From a bacterium (GTDB taxonomy: Bacteria; Hinthialibacterota; Hinthialibacteria; Hinthialibacterales; Hinthialibacteraceae), in assembly GCA_963663405.2 (NCBI GenBank), contig CAXXSM010000110.1, forward strand, positions 125,229 through 189,228: a stretch of 64,000 nucleotides of DNA. Direction: 5' to 3'. The translations under genes were made by a program, and so were the position numbers. Under the pieces are notes generated by a model. It searched no databases, was not told the origin of the DNA, and saw only the letters and a program-made list of their open reading frames with translations. Below are positions 19,593 through 29,049 of this stretch, piece after piece (position 1 is the stretch's first letter; the number at the start of each line of letters is the position of its first letter).

Positions 19593-20758
19593 ATGAAGAT
19601 ACGATTAGTGACAACACTTTCATGTTTATTATTACTATCAAACGTAATATGCAATACACAGGAAATTGTGAAATTGCCCGAATTAACTGGGGCATATGCT
19701 GTTGGTATTGTAGAAAAATATCTAGTTGATGAATCAAGAGAAGAAAAATACACAACAGATCCGAATGATAAAAGAGAAATTAAGGTACAAATCTGGTATC
19801 CTGCAGTAACAACTGCAAATGTAAATACCGGACGATATTGGCCCTCACCCGACTTAGAAGCTTATATGGAGGTATATAAAGAAGGACTTAAGAAAATATA
19901 TCCAAATTGCCCACCTGATTCTTTTTGGGATCAATATGATAAAGTATATGCAAATGCCATCCCTGATGCTTCCTTTTTAAATTCAATTCTACATTTTCCA
20001 GTACTGATATATAGTCCAGGTTGGGTTGGCACTCCTCGTCTTTGTAATACTTATTTATTAGAAGAACTTGCTAGTCATGGATATTTAGTAATTGGTATTG
20101 AACACCCTTATGATGCTGCAGCTGTCACGTTTCCCGATGGTCGAGTTGTGATAACGAACCAGGATTTTAATCCAACATTACGATCTCAAGATATTCTGTT
20201 TGTTCTTAACGAGTTAGAAAAAACTAATAACACCATATTAGATAATAGATTTGAAGGGAAAATTAATCTTTCAAAAATCGGAGTTCTTGGACTATCTCTT
20301 GGTGGAAAAGCTGCAGCAATAACATTAAAAACAGATAGAAGATTTAAGGCTGGGCTCACACTCGATAGTTCTGAATTGTATGGTTTTGATCAGCCTATTA
20401 TGCATATTTTACGTCAAGAGAGAAACATCTCTGATCGAATGGCAGATAAGGTTTCAAAATGTGGTGGATATCAGTGCACAATCAATGATACTATGCATTG
20501 GGATTTTTCTGAAGAACCATTAATTTGGAAATTGCTTGGTATGTATGGTAGATTTCCAATTGAAAGCCATACTGATGATCCTATTCGTATACATCGAATC
20601 ATTGCAGATTATGCGATCGCCTTTTTTGATCTTATGTTAAAAACCAGAACCACCAATTGCTTAATGGACCTTCACATTACTATCCGGAAGTTGATTTTAA
20701 AATTTTTGGTGATCCCAAACCATTTAGTTCAATTCTAGACTATGAGATTTATAAGTAA
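19593..20758 (+). CDS. secreted PAF-acetylhydrolase-like alpha/beta hydrolase, with a frameshift near 20640
   Basis: Signal peptide, LPELTGAYAVG, QIWYPA, EELASHGY, nucleophile GLSLGG, HWDFSE. One extra A in the run at 20639-20643 restores LLNGPSHYYPEV...SSILDYEIYK* (stop 20756-20758). Confidence 0.85.
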
Positions 20759-20897
20759 CATAACTATTTACATGATAACAAGGGCTATTCCACTTATAAA
20801 AATTGCCCAATTGTTCTTCTCTCCATTCTATCAAAAAGATAGCTCTTGATTTATCTGGTTTATTCAGGGGCTTAACTGCCTCTACAAACCAAATGAA

Positions 20898-21194
20898 TTA
20901 TTTTGAACTGCCCTCTTTTACTCGGACTTTGTAACGACAATGGATCAGTAGATTATTACCAAGTTCTCCATTGTTCGCCATGTCAAGCGTTTCCAAGACC
21001 TCGATTGGTTCAATCAATTCCATTGTCTCCGATATCGGAATTGATTCCTTGATCAACTCGTAGATAAATTTTTCCGATCCGTGTTTGGCGTAGTCGGTTG
21101 ATGAGATTTCAATTGATTTTCCAACATAGAAGATTTCATCTTCTTCTAAAAATGGATAATGGACGTATTCAATTTTTCGCTCAGTAATTCCCAT
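20898..21194 (-). CDS. hypothetical acidic protein
   Basis: 98-aa ORF with an upstream GGGAGA RBS; no recognisable motif. Confidence 0.5.
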   Translation of the reverse strand: MGITERKIEYVHYPFLEEDEIFYVGKSIEISSTDYAKHGSEKFIYELIKESIPISETMELIEPIEVLETLDMANNGELGNNLLIHCRYKVRVKEGSSK

Positions 21195-21299
21195 CTTGAT
21201 TAATCTCCCACATATTGAAGCCCATGCATTTCAGAATTCTCACGGGTGGATTTAAAATAGATCGAAACAGTTAATTTCGTCTTGAGCACATTTAATGAC

Positions 21300-22022
21300 A
21301 TGCTTACAGAACTACAAGGTCTTATAGAACGTATTACGTATTTTAACGAAGAGACAGGTTACACCGTCGCTCGAATAAAAGTCCATGGCCGCCATGATTT
21401 AGTCACCGCTGTTGGCAACATGCATGAGATGAATCCCGGTGAGATCATCCAGATGAAGGGAGAGTGGAGCAATCACCCCAAGTTTGGTGAGCAATTCAAA
21501 ATCCAATATTACGAATCAAAAGTTCCTGCCTCTGTAACCGGTATCCAGAGATATTTGGGATCGGGCTTGATTAAAGGGATCGGGCCGGTGATGGCCAAAA
21601 GGATCGTTAAGAAATTCGGAGACAAGACACTCGACATAATCGAAGAGGATGTAAAGCGACTGATCGAAGTCGATGGGATCGGCAAGAAACGAGTGGATAT
21701 GATAACCAAGGCATGGGAAGAGCAAAAGGAGATCCGGCAGGTCATGCTCTTCCTCCAATCCCACGGGGTGAGTTCCACTTACGCCACAAAGATCTTCAAG
21801 CAATATGGAAACGCCGCCATATCCATCGTCAAGGAAAATCCCTATCGATTAGCGACGGATATCTTTGGGATCGGTTTTATTACCGCCGACCGGATTGCCG
21901 AAAAATTGGGATTCGCCAAGGATTCTGAACTAAGGGCGCAAGCAGGGATTCTCTATGTTCTCAACCAATTCGCAGACGAAGGCCATGTCTATTATCCTCA
22001 GGACGACTTAGTGATCACGTAA
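21300..22022 (+). pseudogene. recD2: N-terminal fragment of RecD2-like helicase
   Basis: LQGLIERITYFNEETGYTVARI, HPKFGEQF, YLGSGLIKGIGP HhH, ENPYRLATDIFGIGFITAD; stops before any Walker A motif. Confidence 0.9.
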
Positions 22023-22132
22023 AAATTAATTCCCATTTTCAGAGGAATGTAAAGTGTAGTTCAATTTACATAAATTTTGATTCTTGACAATGTTCAATTG
22101 TTTCATTTGTTCATTGGTTACAGTTTTTCTGC

Positions 22133-22180
22133 TGGTATCGCTCAAAAAGTGAGCCATTTCGCGTTTTATTTTTGAGCCAC
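22133..22180 (+). mobile_element. isolated IS21-like end
   Basis: TGGTATCGCTC then repeated AAAAGTGAGCCA / TTTTTGAGCCAC, the tandem-site layout typical of IS21 ends. Confidence 0.5.
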
Positions 22181-22182
22181 TT

Positions 22183-23663
22183 TGTAGCTGTCATCCAAGA
22201 ATCGGTCCACCGATAAAGAGTTGACAATATTGATGTTAATACATATGATCCCAATTCAATACATACTCATAAACGGGACCACTATGGACGTAATTCAATC
22301 GGCAATTCCTTTGATTTTGAAGACTCTCGTCTTGTCAGCTCGATAGGCGGGAGTTACTCGTTTCAAGCAAATGAAAAATCTTGCTGAAGAGGAGAACAAT
22401 CCCGAAGTCGAGAACCAATTTTTACGTGATCGCATTTTTCAATTGGAAACAGAACTGGAAATTTTGCGCAAACAAGGAAGAAATAAGAATCATAAACCAC
22501 GCTATTCACTTCGAGAACGGTTGTGGATTCTTTGGTACAAGGAATATTTCCAAATTTCCACTCGGGAGATGACGAAACGACTCGGTGTGGCTCGATCAAC
22601 GATTAATCGATGGCTGAAGAATATCGAAAATCAAAGTGGGAACAAAAACGAACCAGCAAACAAAACTCCTATCGAAGTGGCCCTACTCGTCTGGGAAATA
22701 GCCAAAGCCAATCCGCATTGGGGACGGATTCGGATTTCTCTTCAGTTATCCCTTCTTAACATTTTCTTGGCGGCCTCGACGGTTCGCAATATCCTGCAAC
22801 GACCTTATCCACCAGGGGAACCATCTCTGGCGCCCAATCCGGCTGGAGAAAATAGTGATCAATCCTCCCAGCGGTCCATCCCGGCTTGGTATCCCAATCA
22901 CGTGTGGAGTGTGGATCGAACAATTGTGTTTCGGTGGGGATTGTGGCCAACATACGTTCTTGTTGCAATTGACCATTATTCCCGGAAGGTGGTTTGCTGC
23001 TCTCCCCTGGAAGGCCCCAATGCTGGTTGGACAATTGAAGCCTTGGAACAAGCAATTGAAATCCATGGCTCTCCGAAGCATATTATCTCTGATCAAGAAC
23101 CGATTTTTACCAGCGACGCTTTCGCTGAATTTGTTGATAATTTTAACATGAAGCAGCGTTTGGGCGCGGTTGGAAAACATGGTTCGATCGCTGTGACCGA
23201 ACGAGTGAACAAGACGCTAAAATATGAATGGTTGAACCGGGTAGCGATTGTCAAAGGATTTGATCATCTGGAATCTCTTTGCAATTCATTTACGGAATGG
23301 TACAACGAATGGCGGTCACATTATCGATTTGAGGGAAAAACTCCCAATGAAGTTCATGCAGAACGCCAAAAAGATCAATTAAACAGAGACGAGAAAACAG
23401 TCCCCTTCCCTATTGAACGACGCCGGTTCGAAGAAACAAATACTATGGCTTTTCGTCTTTCAAAAGCGGCTTGAAATTGTATTGACCTATAATCATGTAA
23501 CGATTCATCAGGGAAGGTGTATCCCCCAGACATCAAACCTAAAACGTTATTGTTAAAACAATTAAAGAACATCTGTTACTGGCTTCATTCACAACCTAAA
23601 AAACTGCTAAAATCTCTTTTTCCAATCGGTATTATGTGGCCCGATTTAAGCATAACAGCCACA
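22183..23663 (+). mobile_element. full-length IS481-like element
   Basis: Left end TGTAGCTGTCATCCAAGAATCGGTCCAC; right end GTGGCCCGATTTAAGCATAACAGCCACA (imperfect inverted repeat, TGT...ACA); single transposase; no target duplication seen. Confidence 0.88.
22284..23474 (+). CDS. DDE (rve) transposase with HTH; in-frame TAG at 22344 in the N-terminal extension (uninterrupted ORF 22371-23474)
   Basis: HTH (LGVARSTINRW), ANPHWGRIRI, WSVD...AIDHYSRKV...IISDQ...ERVNKTLKYE...YNEWRSH. ATG 22284 (MDVIQSAIPLIL) is in frame and conserved in the other copies. Confidence 0.9.
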
Positions 23664-23675
23664 GGATGTTCGATC

Positions 23676-23912
23676 ATGAAAACAATTGAAACGATTGCCA
23701 ATGTCACGCAAGACGGAAAACTGATTGCCGCGGTACCGCCGGATATTTTACCCGGCAATCATGTCGTCGTGCTGGTGATCGATGATGCTTCTTCACCGCA
23801 GAGTGAAAAATTATCCAAACCTCCTCTTCAATTAAAACCGGTTCGATTGGAAGGCTGGCCAAAGGATTGCACATTCAGGAGGGAAGATATTTATGGCGCT
23901 GACGGACGTTAA
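23676..23912 (+). CDS. putative antitoxin of a PIN-domain toxin
   Basis: MKTIETIANVTQDGKL...PPDILPGNHVVVLVID...FRREDIYG; overlaps the PIN gene. Confidence 0.75.
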   Translation: MKTIETIANVTQDGKLIAAVPPDILPGNHVVVLVIDDASSPQSEKLSKPPLQLKPVRLEGWPKDCTFRREDIYGADGR

Positions 23913-24345
23913 TCGCCTTTTCCTTGATACCAACATATTAATTTATGCCACGGATGAATCATCTTCCTGGCATAAATACGCAATCCATTCATTGTCGGTC
24001 GCCAGAGCCAATGGGATTGAATTGATTGTCAGTCCACAGATTTTACGGGAATATTTATCGGTTACAACTCGACATCATGCAATGCAAGGCACGACTCAAT
24101 TTGACAATATATTTAATAACTTTCAAGAATTCACGAAAGAATTTCATATTGTTGACGAAAATCGAAATGTTTTAGATAAACTCGTTCGCGAGATCCTTAT
24201 TGCGGGGAAACAAATCCATGATGCAAATATTGTGGCAACCATGCAGACTCATCGGATTCAACTTTTATTGACGCATAATTTAGATGATTTTAAGCGATTC
24301 ACAAATCTTATTACGATCATTTCTTTGGAATCCGTTCAACAATAA
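23893..24345 (+). CDS. vapC: PIN-domain (VapC-like) ribonuclease toxin
   Basis: FLDTNILIYA, SPQILREY, IHDANIVATM, LLTHNLDDFKRF: PIN acidic residues. Confidence 0.9.
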   Translation: MALTDVNRLFLDTNILIYATDESSSWHKYAIHSLSVARANGIELIVSPQILREYLSVTTRHHAMQGTTQFDNIFNNFQEFTKEFHIVDENRNVLDKLVREILIAGKQIHDANIVATMQTHRIQLLLTHNLDDFKRFTNLITIISLESVQQ

Positions 24346-24356
24346 ATCAAATCCAG

Positions 24357-24715
24357 TTCGACTGTCAACCATGAATCGATCCACGGCTAATCGCTTGACG
24401 ATATTAATTTTATATCATACGATCCCCTTTTAATACAGACTCGTATATGGGATCGTTATAGACATAATTCACATAGCAATTCCATTGATCTTCAAGGCTT
24501 TTTTTATTGTCTACTGGTAGGTCAGGTAGGAATCGGATCCGAAAAATTCAAAAACTTCTATGGCCGATATGAGGATCGGGAAGTTGAGATTCGATTTCTA
24601 CACGATCGAATTTTCCAATTCGAAACAGAATTGGAAAATTATCGGAGTCATCAAAAAGAGAAAAACAACAAACCGACTTATTCACTATGAGAACGGTTGT
24701 GGATTCTTTGGTAAA
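24357..24715 (+). mobile_element. degenerate left part of the IS481-like element
   Basis: CTGTCAACCATGAATCGATCCAC, TTGACG promoter, decayed FLHDRIFQFETELE...ERLWILW homology. Confidence 0.78.
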
Positions 24716-24719
24716 ATAA

Positions 24720-24982
24720 TCCTTGGCAAAATCCTCAGGTCGAACAGCTTAACGAGAGCGTTCGCCGCGAGTGCACTGATCATGTCATTGTCATTGGTGA
24801 AAACCGTCTACGCAGGATCCTTTGGTCCTATTTCAAGTACTATCATCAAGACCGAAAACATTTGGGCCTCAGCAAAGAAACACCCATGGGACGTACAGTA
24901 TCAAATCGTGCATTGCCATCTGCCAAACTGGTTGCTTAACCTCGAGTGGGTGGACTTCATCATCGATACGAGTGGAGCTTAG
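24720..24982 (+). pseudogene. C-terminal remnant of a different rve-type transposase
   Basis: Frame reads WQNPQVEQLNESVRRECTDHVIVIGENRLRRILWSYFKYYHQDRKHLGLSKETP...*PRVGGLHHRY. Confidence 0.75.
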
Positions 24983-25071
24983 CCGCGTGAATTCCTCGCG
25001 ATTGTTTTTGTCGCGTCGCTCCGCCGAATTCCACGCTTGCAGAGGACTTAGATAAAGAAAAGACGTTAACA

Positions 25072-25725
25072 ATGAACGCGAAAGCACCACAACAATCTAC
25101 CTCCCGTATACGCTGGCAAGGCCAAATCGAATCGATCCAGTGCCGCGCATGGGTATGGCGTTATAAGAAGGACAATCGAACGCACCACCACCTCGGATTC
25201 AATCTGTTCTTGAAAGGTGAGGCAAGTATACGGCAGTGGCGTTTTATCGTTGCCGTCAGCGATATGCAGCACACAAAGTTAAAATTCCGCATTGGCGATG
25301 TATTCAAAGGTACGGCTTAGCCTTGTATCAAGACCAAGCATGACATTGCCGACTTCTATCGTGCGGGTGGATTCAAAGTTGTGTCCCGTGTGAACGAACA
25401 TGCTGACAGCTCCGGTCCGCCATTTGCGGGACTCCTGCCACCCATAGATGTATTTGAGTGGCGTGGCGCCCGTACGCTTGATGCCAAGCTTTGGCGGAAG
25501 CGGTGTTTCGCCTGTATGTGGGCCAACAAGTCGGCGGTTGAGATTGAGTATAAGTTTGGCAAAGTGAAGCGCTATCGAAAAGAGACCTTTTGCTACGTCC
25601 CACGATCGTGCCCGTTATACGACATGGGCCCTGCCCGGCAAGTTCCATATTTCGATTCCTTCCCAAGGGGTGGATGGATGATCTATGCACGGAACGGTGC
25701 GGTGATACGGATTGCCTGCGGATAG
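25072..25725 (+). pseudogene. Cys-rich hypothetical protein split by one in-frame TAG
   Basis: ORFs 25072-25320 and 25381-25725 share a frame and are open across TAG 25318-25320 (GTA*PCIK, probably TGG>TAG); CFACMW and ETFCY...SCPLY motifs. Confidence 0.65.
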
Positions 25726-25932
25726 AACCGCTCGTAGGTTCCAAAAACTCAGTCGAATTATAAATCCTTGATTTTCAATAAGCCGGATCATTTTTTTTCA
25801 CAATTTCATCCAACATTCGATACGGTGCTAATGAGGAATTCGGTTTCACTGCTTTAGAATTGAAATTAGATTATTATGTCTGATGCTGTTTGAGAATTAT
25901 ATCGAAAGGATAAGGTTTTCATCCCCAATTTC

Positions 25933-26183
25933 TTGTCCACCCTTTGTCCACCCTTTCGAGGGTTTCTAAGGGCGCGAAAGGGTGTCTTAGGGATTCAGAC
26001 CACGGATTCCTCGATCTCGAAAAGGCTTGAAAGTACACAATTTAGATCGATATTCCGTCTACTTCCCTCAGTGCCACCCCCTATTCCCAAGCTGAGGGTC
26101 GCGGGTTCGAACCCCGTTTCCCGCTTTGATTTTACTAGACTTACGAAACTGCAAGAAAAGAACTGTACCGTAAAAAGTACCGT
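25933..26183 (+). other. att junction: tRNA-Gly 3' fragment between two different arm-type repeats
   Basis: TTGTCCACCCT tandem at 25933-25955 on the left; GTACCGT-AAAAA-GTACCGT at 26165-26183 on the right. Confidence 0.7.
26084..26125 (+). pseudogene. 3' half of tRNA-Gly (CCC)
   Basis: TTCCCAAGCTGAGGGTCGCGGGTTCGAACCCCGTTTCCCGCT covers anticodon loop to acceptor 3' strand; the 5' half and CCA are absent. Confidence 0.88.
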
Positions 26184-26421
26184 TACCAATCCAAGAACCC
26201 GAAAATCACACTCATAATTCAGGTCTCCTTTAGGTTACTCGTACAGCGTAAAAGCTCAAATTCGTTTTTGCGGGAATCCATCACATGGTTATCTCGCTAA
26301 ACCGCCGTTTTTCGTGTAATATGAACAATGTTGAGCGCTTTTTATTAAGCGATCTTTGCAATAAATTCAATCCTATGTCCACTCGATTTTCTACTCGTGA
26401 TTCTCAAGAAGAGGTAATGGA

Positions 26422-28560
26422 ATGAATGGGGCTTCCCATAATACAATCGTAAATTTTATCTGGAATATTGCGGACGATGTACTTCGTGATGTCTACGTTA
26501 GGGGTAAATATCGTGATGTGATTTTGCCGATGACCGTTATCCGCCGCTTGGATAGTCTTCTTGAATCTACGAAAGATGATGTCTTAAAGCAGAAAGAACT
26601 TCTCGATAAAGCAGGGATTGCGAACCAAGAAGCCGCTCTGCGCCAAGCCTCCGGTCAGGCTTTCTACAATATGTCTGAATTCACCCTCAAAACGTTGTTG
26701 GATAATCCCAAGCAACTCCGCTCCAACTTTAACGCCTATCTTGATGGTTTTAGCGGGAACGTTCAAGAAATCATCGATAAGTTTGATTTCCGCAACCAAC
26801 TCAAAAAACTCGAAGACGCCGATGCTTTGGGGTATCTGATCGAAAAATTCATTTCTCCAGCGATCAACCTAAGCCCTAAACCCGTCATGGATGGCGCCGG
26901 AAACGAGAAATTCCCCGCTTTGGACAACCACGGCATGGGGTATGTCTTTGAGGAATTGATCCGCCGGTTCAACGAAGAAAACAACGAAGAGGCCGGAGAG
27001 CACTTTACACCACGTGAAGTGGTCAAACTCATGGCCAATTTGATCTTCATGCCGATTGCGGACAAGATCGAAAATAGCACCTATCTTGTTTATGACTGCG
27101 CTTGTGGAACGGGCGGGATGTTGACCGTATCTGACGCGGTTTTGAGTGAACTTGCCGAAGAACATAGCAAGAATGTTTCCATTCATCTTTACGGTCAAGA
27201 GATCAACGCGGAAACCTACGCGATTTGCAAAGCCGATTTGCTGCTGAAAGGCGAAGGCGCCGAAGCGGATAATATCCGGTTTGGCTCTACGATTTCATCG
27301 GATAATTTCCCATCGAACGAATTTCATTTCATGTTGGCCAATCCACCCTATGGTAAAAGCTGGAAGACAGATTTAGACCGCCTTTGCGGCGGAAACAAGA
27401 AAGAAATCAAAGATCACCGTTTTGTGGTCGAGCATGGAGGAGACAGTGAGTTCTCACTTGTAACCCGCTCTAGCGACGGACAACTTATGTTTCTTGTGAA
27501 TATGTTGAGCAAGATGAAATCACCGGAAACAACACCTTTTGGAAGCCGTGTGGCTACGGTTCATAATGGATCTTCTCTTTTCACGGGGGACGCCGGTCAG
27601 GGAGAATCCAACATCCGCCGTTGGATCATCGAAAACGATTGGCTTGAAGCCATTATCGCCCTGCCTGAGAACATGTTCTACAACACGGGCATAGCAACCT
27701 ATATTTGGTTGCTGTCCAATAAGAAAGACAAGAATCGGAAAGGCAGAGTGCAACTCATTAACGCTACGGAGTGGTATTCCCCTCTCCGCAAGAATTTGGG
27801 TAAAAAGAATTGTGAATTTACGGATGACCACATTCAGAAAATATGTCAATTGGTCTCAAAGCCGAAAGAAACGGAACAATCCAAGATTTTCCCTAATGAG
27901 GCGTTTGGGTATTGGAAATTCACAGTAGAGCGGCCTTTGCGTCTCAAAGCCGATTTTTCAAAAGAAAACATGGAACGTTTTCGTCAATACTGCGAATCCG
28001 TCAACGATGAGCCACTCGCTGAATTCGTTGAGCGAGTGGTTAAACGTTTTGGTGTTGGCCCTCATCTGAATTTCAATGATTTCTTACGTTCAATCAAAGA
28101 AGACGCGGAAGAGCAAAACATCAAACTCACGACCAAACGGTTTAAAGCAATTCGTTCGGAACTCACAATCATTGATGAAGGCGCGGAGCCGGTTATCAAG
28201 AAGATTCATAAATCATCCAAAACCGTACCCAATCCCAAATACGGCCTGTTTGAAACGGTAATCGATGGGAAGATCCGTGTCGTTGAATATGAACCGGATA
28301 CGAACTTAAGGGATTCGGAACAGGCGTCATTGTTGGAAGAGGGAGGGATTGAAGCGTTTTTCGAGCGTGAAGTCCTGCTCTACGTTCCTGACGCTTGGAT
28401 TGATGAATCAAGTACGAAAATCGGTTATGAGATTTCGTTTACCCGGTATTTCTACAAACCCGTTCCATTGAGAACGTTGGAAGAGATTAAGGCGGATATC
28501 TTCGCATTAGAATCAGAGACGGAAGGATTGCTTGAAGAGATTATTGGGGAGGCAGATTAA
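26422..28560 (+). CDS. hsdM: type I restriction-modification methyltransferase subunit
   Basis: FIWNIADDVLRD, GEHFTPREVV, motif I DCACGTGG, motif IV ANPPYG, FYNTGIATYIW, KIGYEISFTRYFY. Confidence 0.96.
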   Translation: MNGASHNTIVNFIWNIADDVLRDVYVRGKYRDVILPMTVIRRLDSLLESTKDDVLKQKELLDKAGIANQEAALRQASGQAFYNMSEFTLKTLLDNPKQLRSNFNAYLDGFSGNVQEIIDKFDFRNQLKKLEDADALGYLIEKFISPAINLSPKPVMDGAGNEKFPALDNHGMGYVFEELIRRFNEENNEEAGEHFTPREVVKLMANLIFMPIADKIENSTYLVYDCACGTGGMLTVSDAVLSELAEEHSKNVSIHLYGQEINAETYAICKADLLLKGEGAEADNIRFGSTISSDNFPSNEFHFMLANPPYGKSWKTDLDRLCGGNKKEIKDHRFVVEHGGDSEFSLVTRSSDGQLMFLVNMLSKMKSPETTPFGSRVATVHNGSSLFTGDAGQGESNIRRWIIENDWLEAIIALPENMFYNTGIATYIWLLSNKKDKNRKGRVQLINATEWYSPLRKNLGKKNCEFTDDHIQKICQLVSKPKETEQSKIFPNEAFGYWKFTVERPLRLKADFSKENMERFRQYCESVNDEPLAEFVERVVKRFGVGPHLNFNDFLRSIKEDAEEQNIKLTTKRFKAIRSELTIIDEGAEPVIKKIHKSSKTVPNPKYGLFETVIDGKIRVVEYEPDTNLRDSEQASLLEEGGIEAFFEREVLLYVPDAWIDESSTKIGYEISFTRYFYKPVPLRTLEEIKADIFALESETEGLLEEIIGEAD

Positions 28561-28800
28561 TGAAATTGTCTCCTTATCAAAAATACAAAGATTTGGGCGT
28601 AGAATGGCTTGGAGAGATTCCTGAGCATTGGGATAAGAGAAAAGTCAAATATCTTTTCAAGGAAAGAGTTGAAAAGGGGCATCCAGATCAACCTCTACTT
28701 GCCGCAACGCAAGTTAAGGGGGTTATACTAAAATCGTTATATGAGAATAGAACAGTATTAGCACAAAAGGATTTACATCTACTTAAATTAGTGAAAATAG
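28560..28800 (+). pseudogene. hsdS: truncated type I specificity subunit
   Basis: YQKYKDLGVEWLGEIPEHWD conserved N-terminus overlapping the hsdM stop. After about 80 codons the frame enters the mobile-element end. Confidence 0.9.
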
Positions 28801-29049
28801 ATAGGAGTTTTTATCGAGCGAAGCCGAGATACAAACTCTATTGGACGAAGTGCGGGGGGAATGTGAGAACCAATAACACGCCATTTATTCGCGAAACGGC
28901 TTAATTGAGGAAGAGAAGTTGATAGTTTAGAAAGAGAAAATCCTCTTGAAGCTATAGAAATCCCCTCACGGCAAGAAAAGTAAAAAATCTTCCCGCGTAA
29001 AGTTATAATTTCTTTATATTACCATCGCGATGCTTACAATCGGAATCGA

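Noticed and set aside
22183-23663. TGT...ACA ends suggesting a Tn7-like or CRISPR-associated transposon
   Set aside because: Single transposase only; no TnsC, TniQ or Cas gene in the window.
23517-23675. 131-aa version of the antitoxin
   Set aside because: The extra N-terminal codons lie almost entirely in the IS right end; ATG 23676 is the plausible start.
22344-25320. Several in-frame TAG codons suggesting amber recoding
   Set aside because: They replace different residues (Trp, Lys) by single-base changes in decaying elements, and intact genes (41581-41583, 46989-46991) end in TAG.
13786-26125. Functional tRNA-Trp and tRNA-Gly genes
   Set aside because: Both lack the 5' acceptor strand and D-arm.
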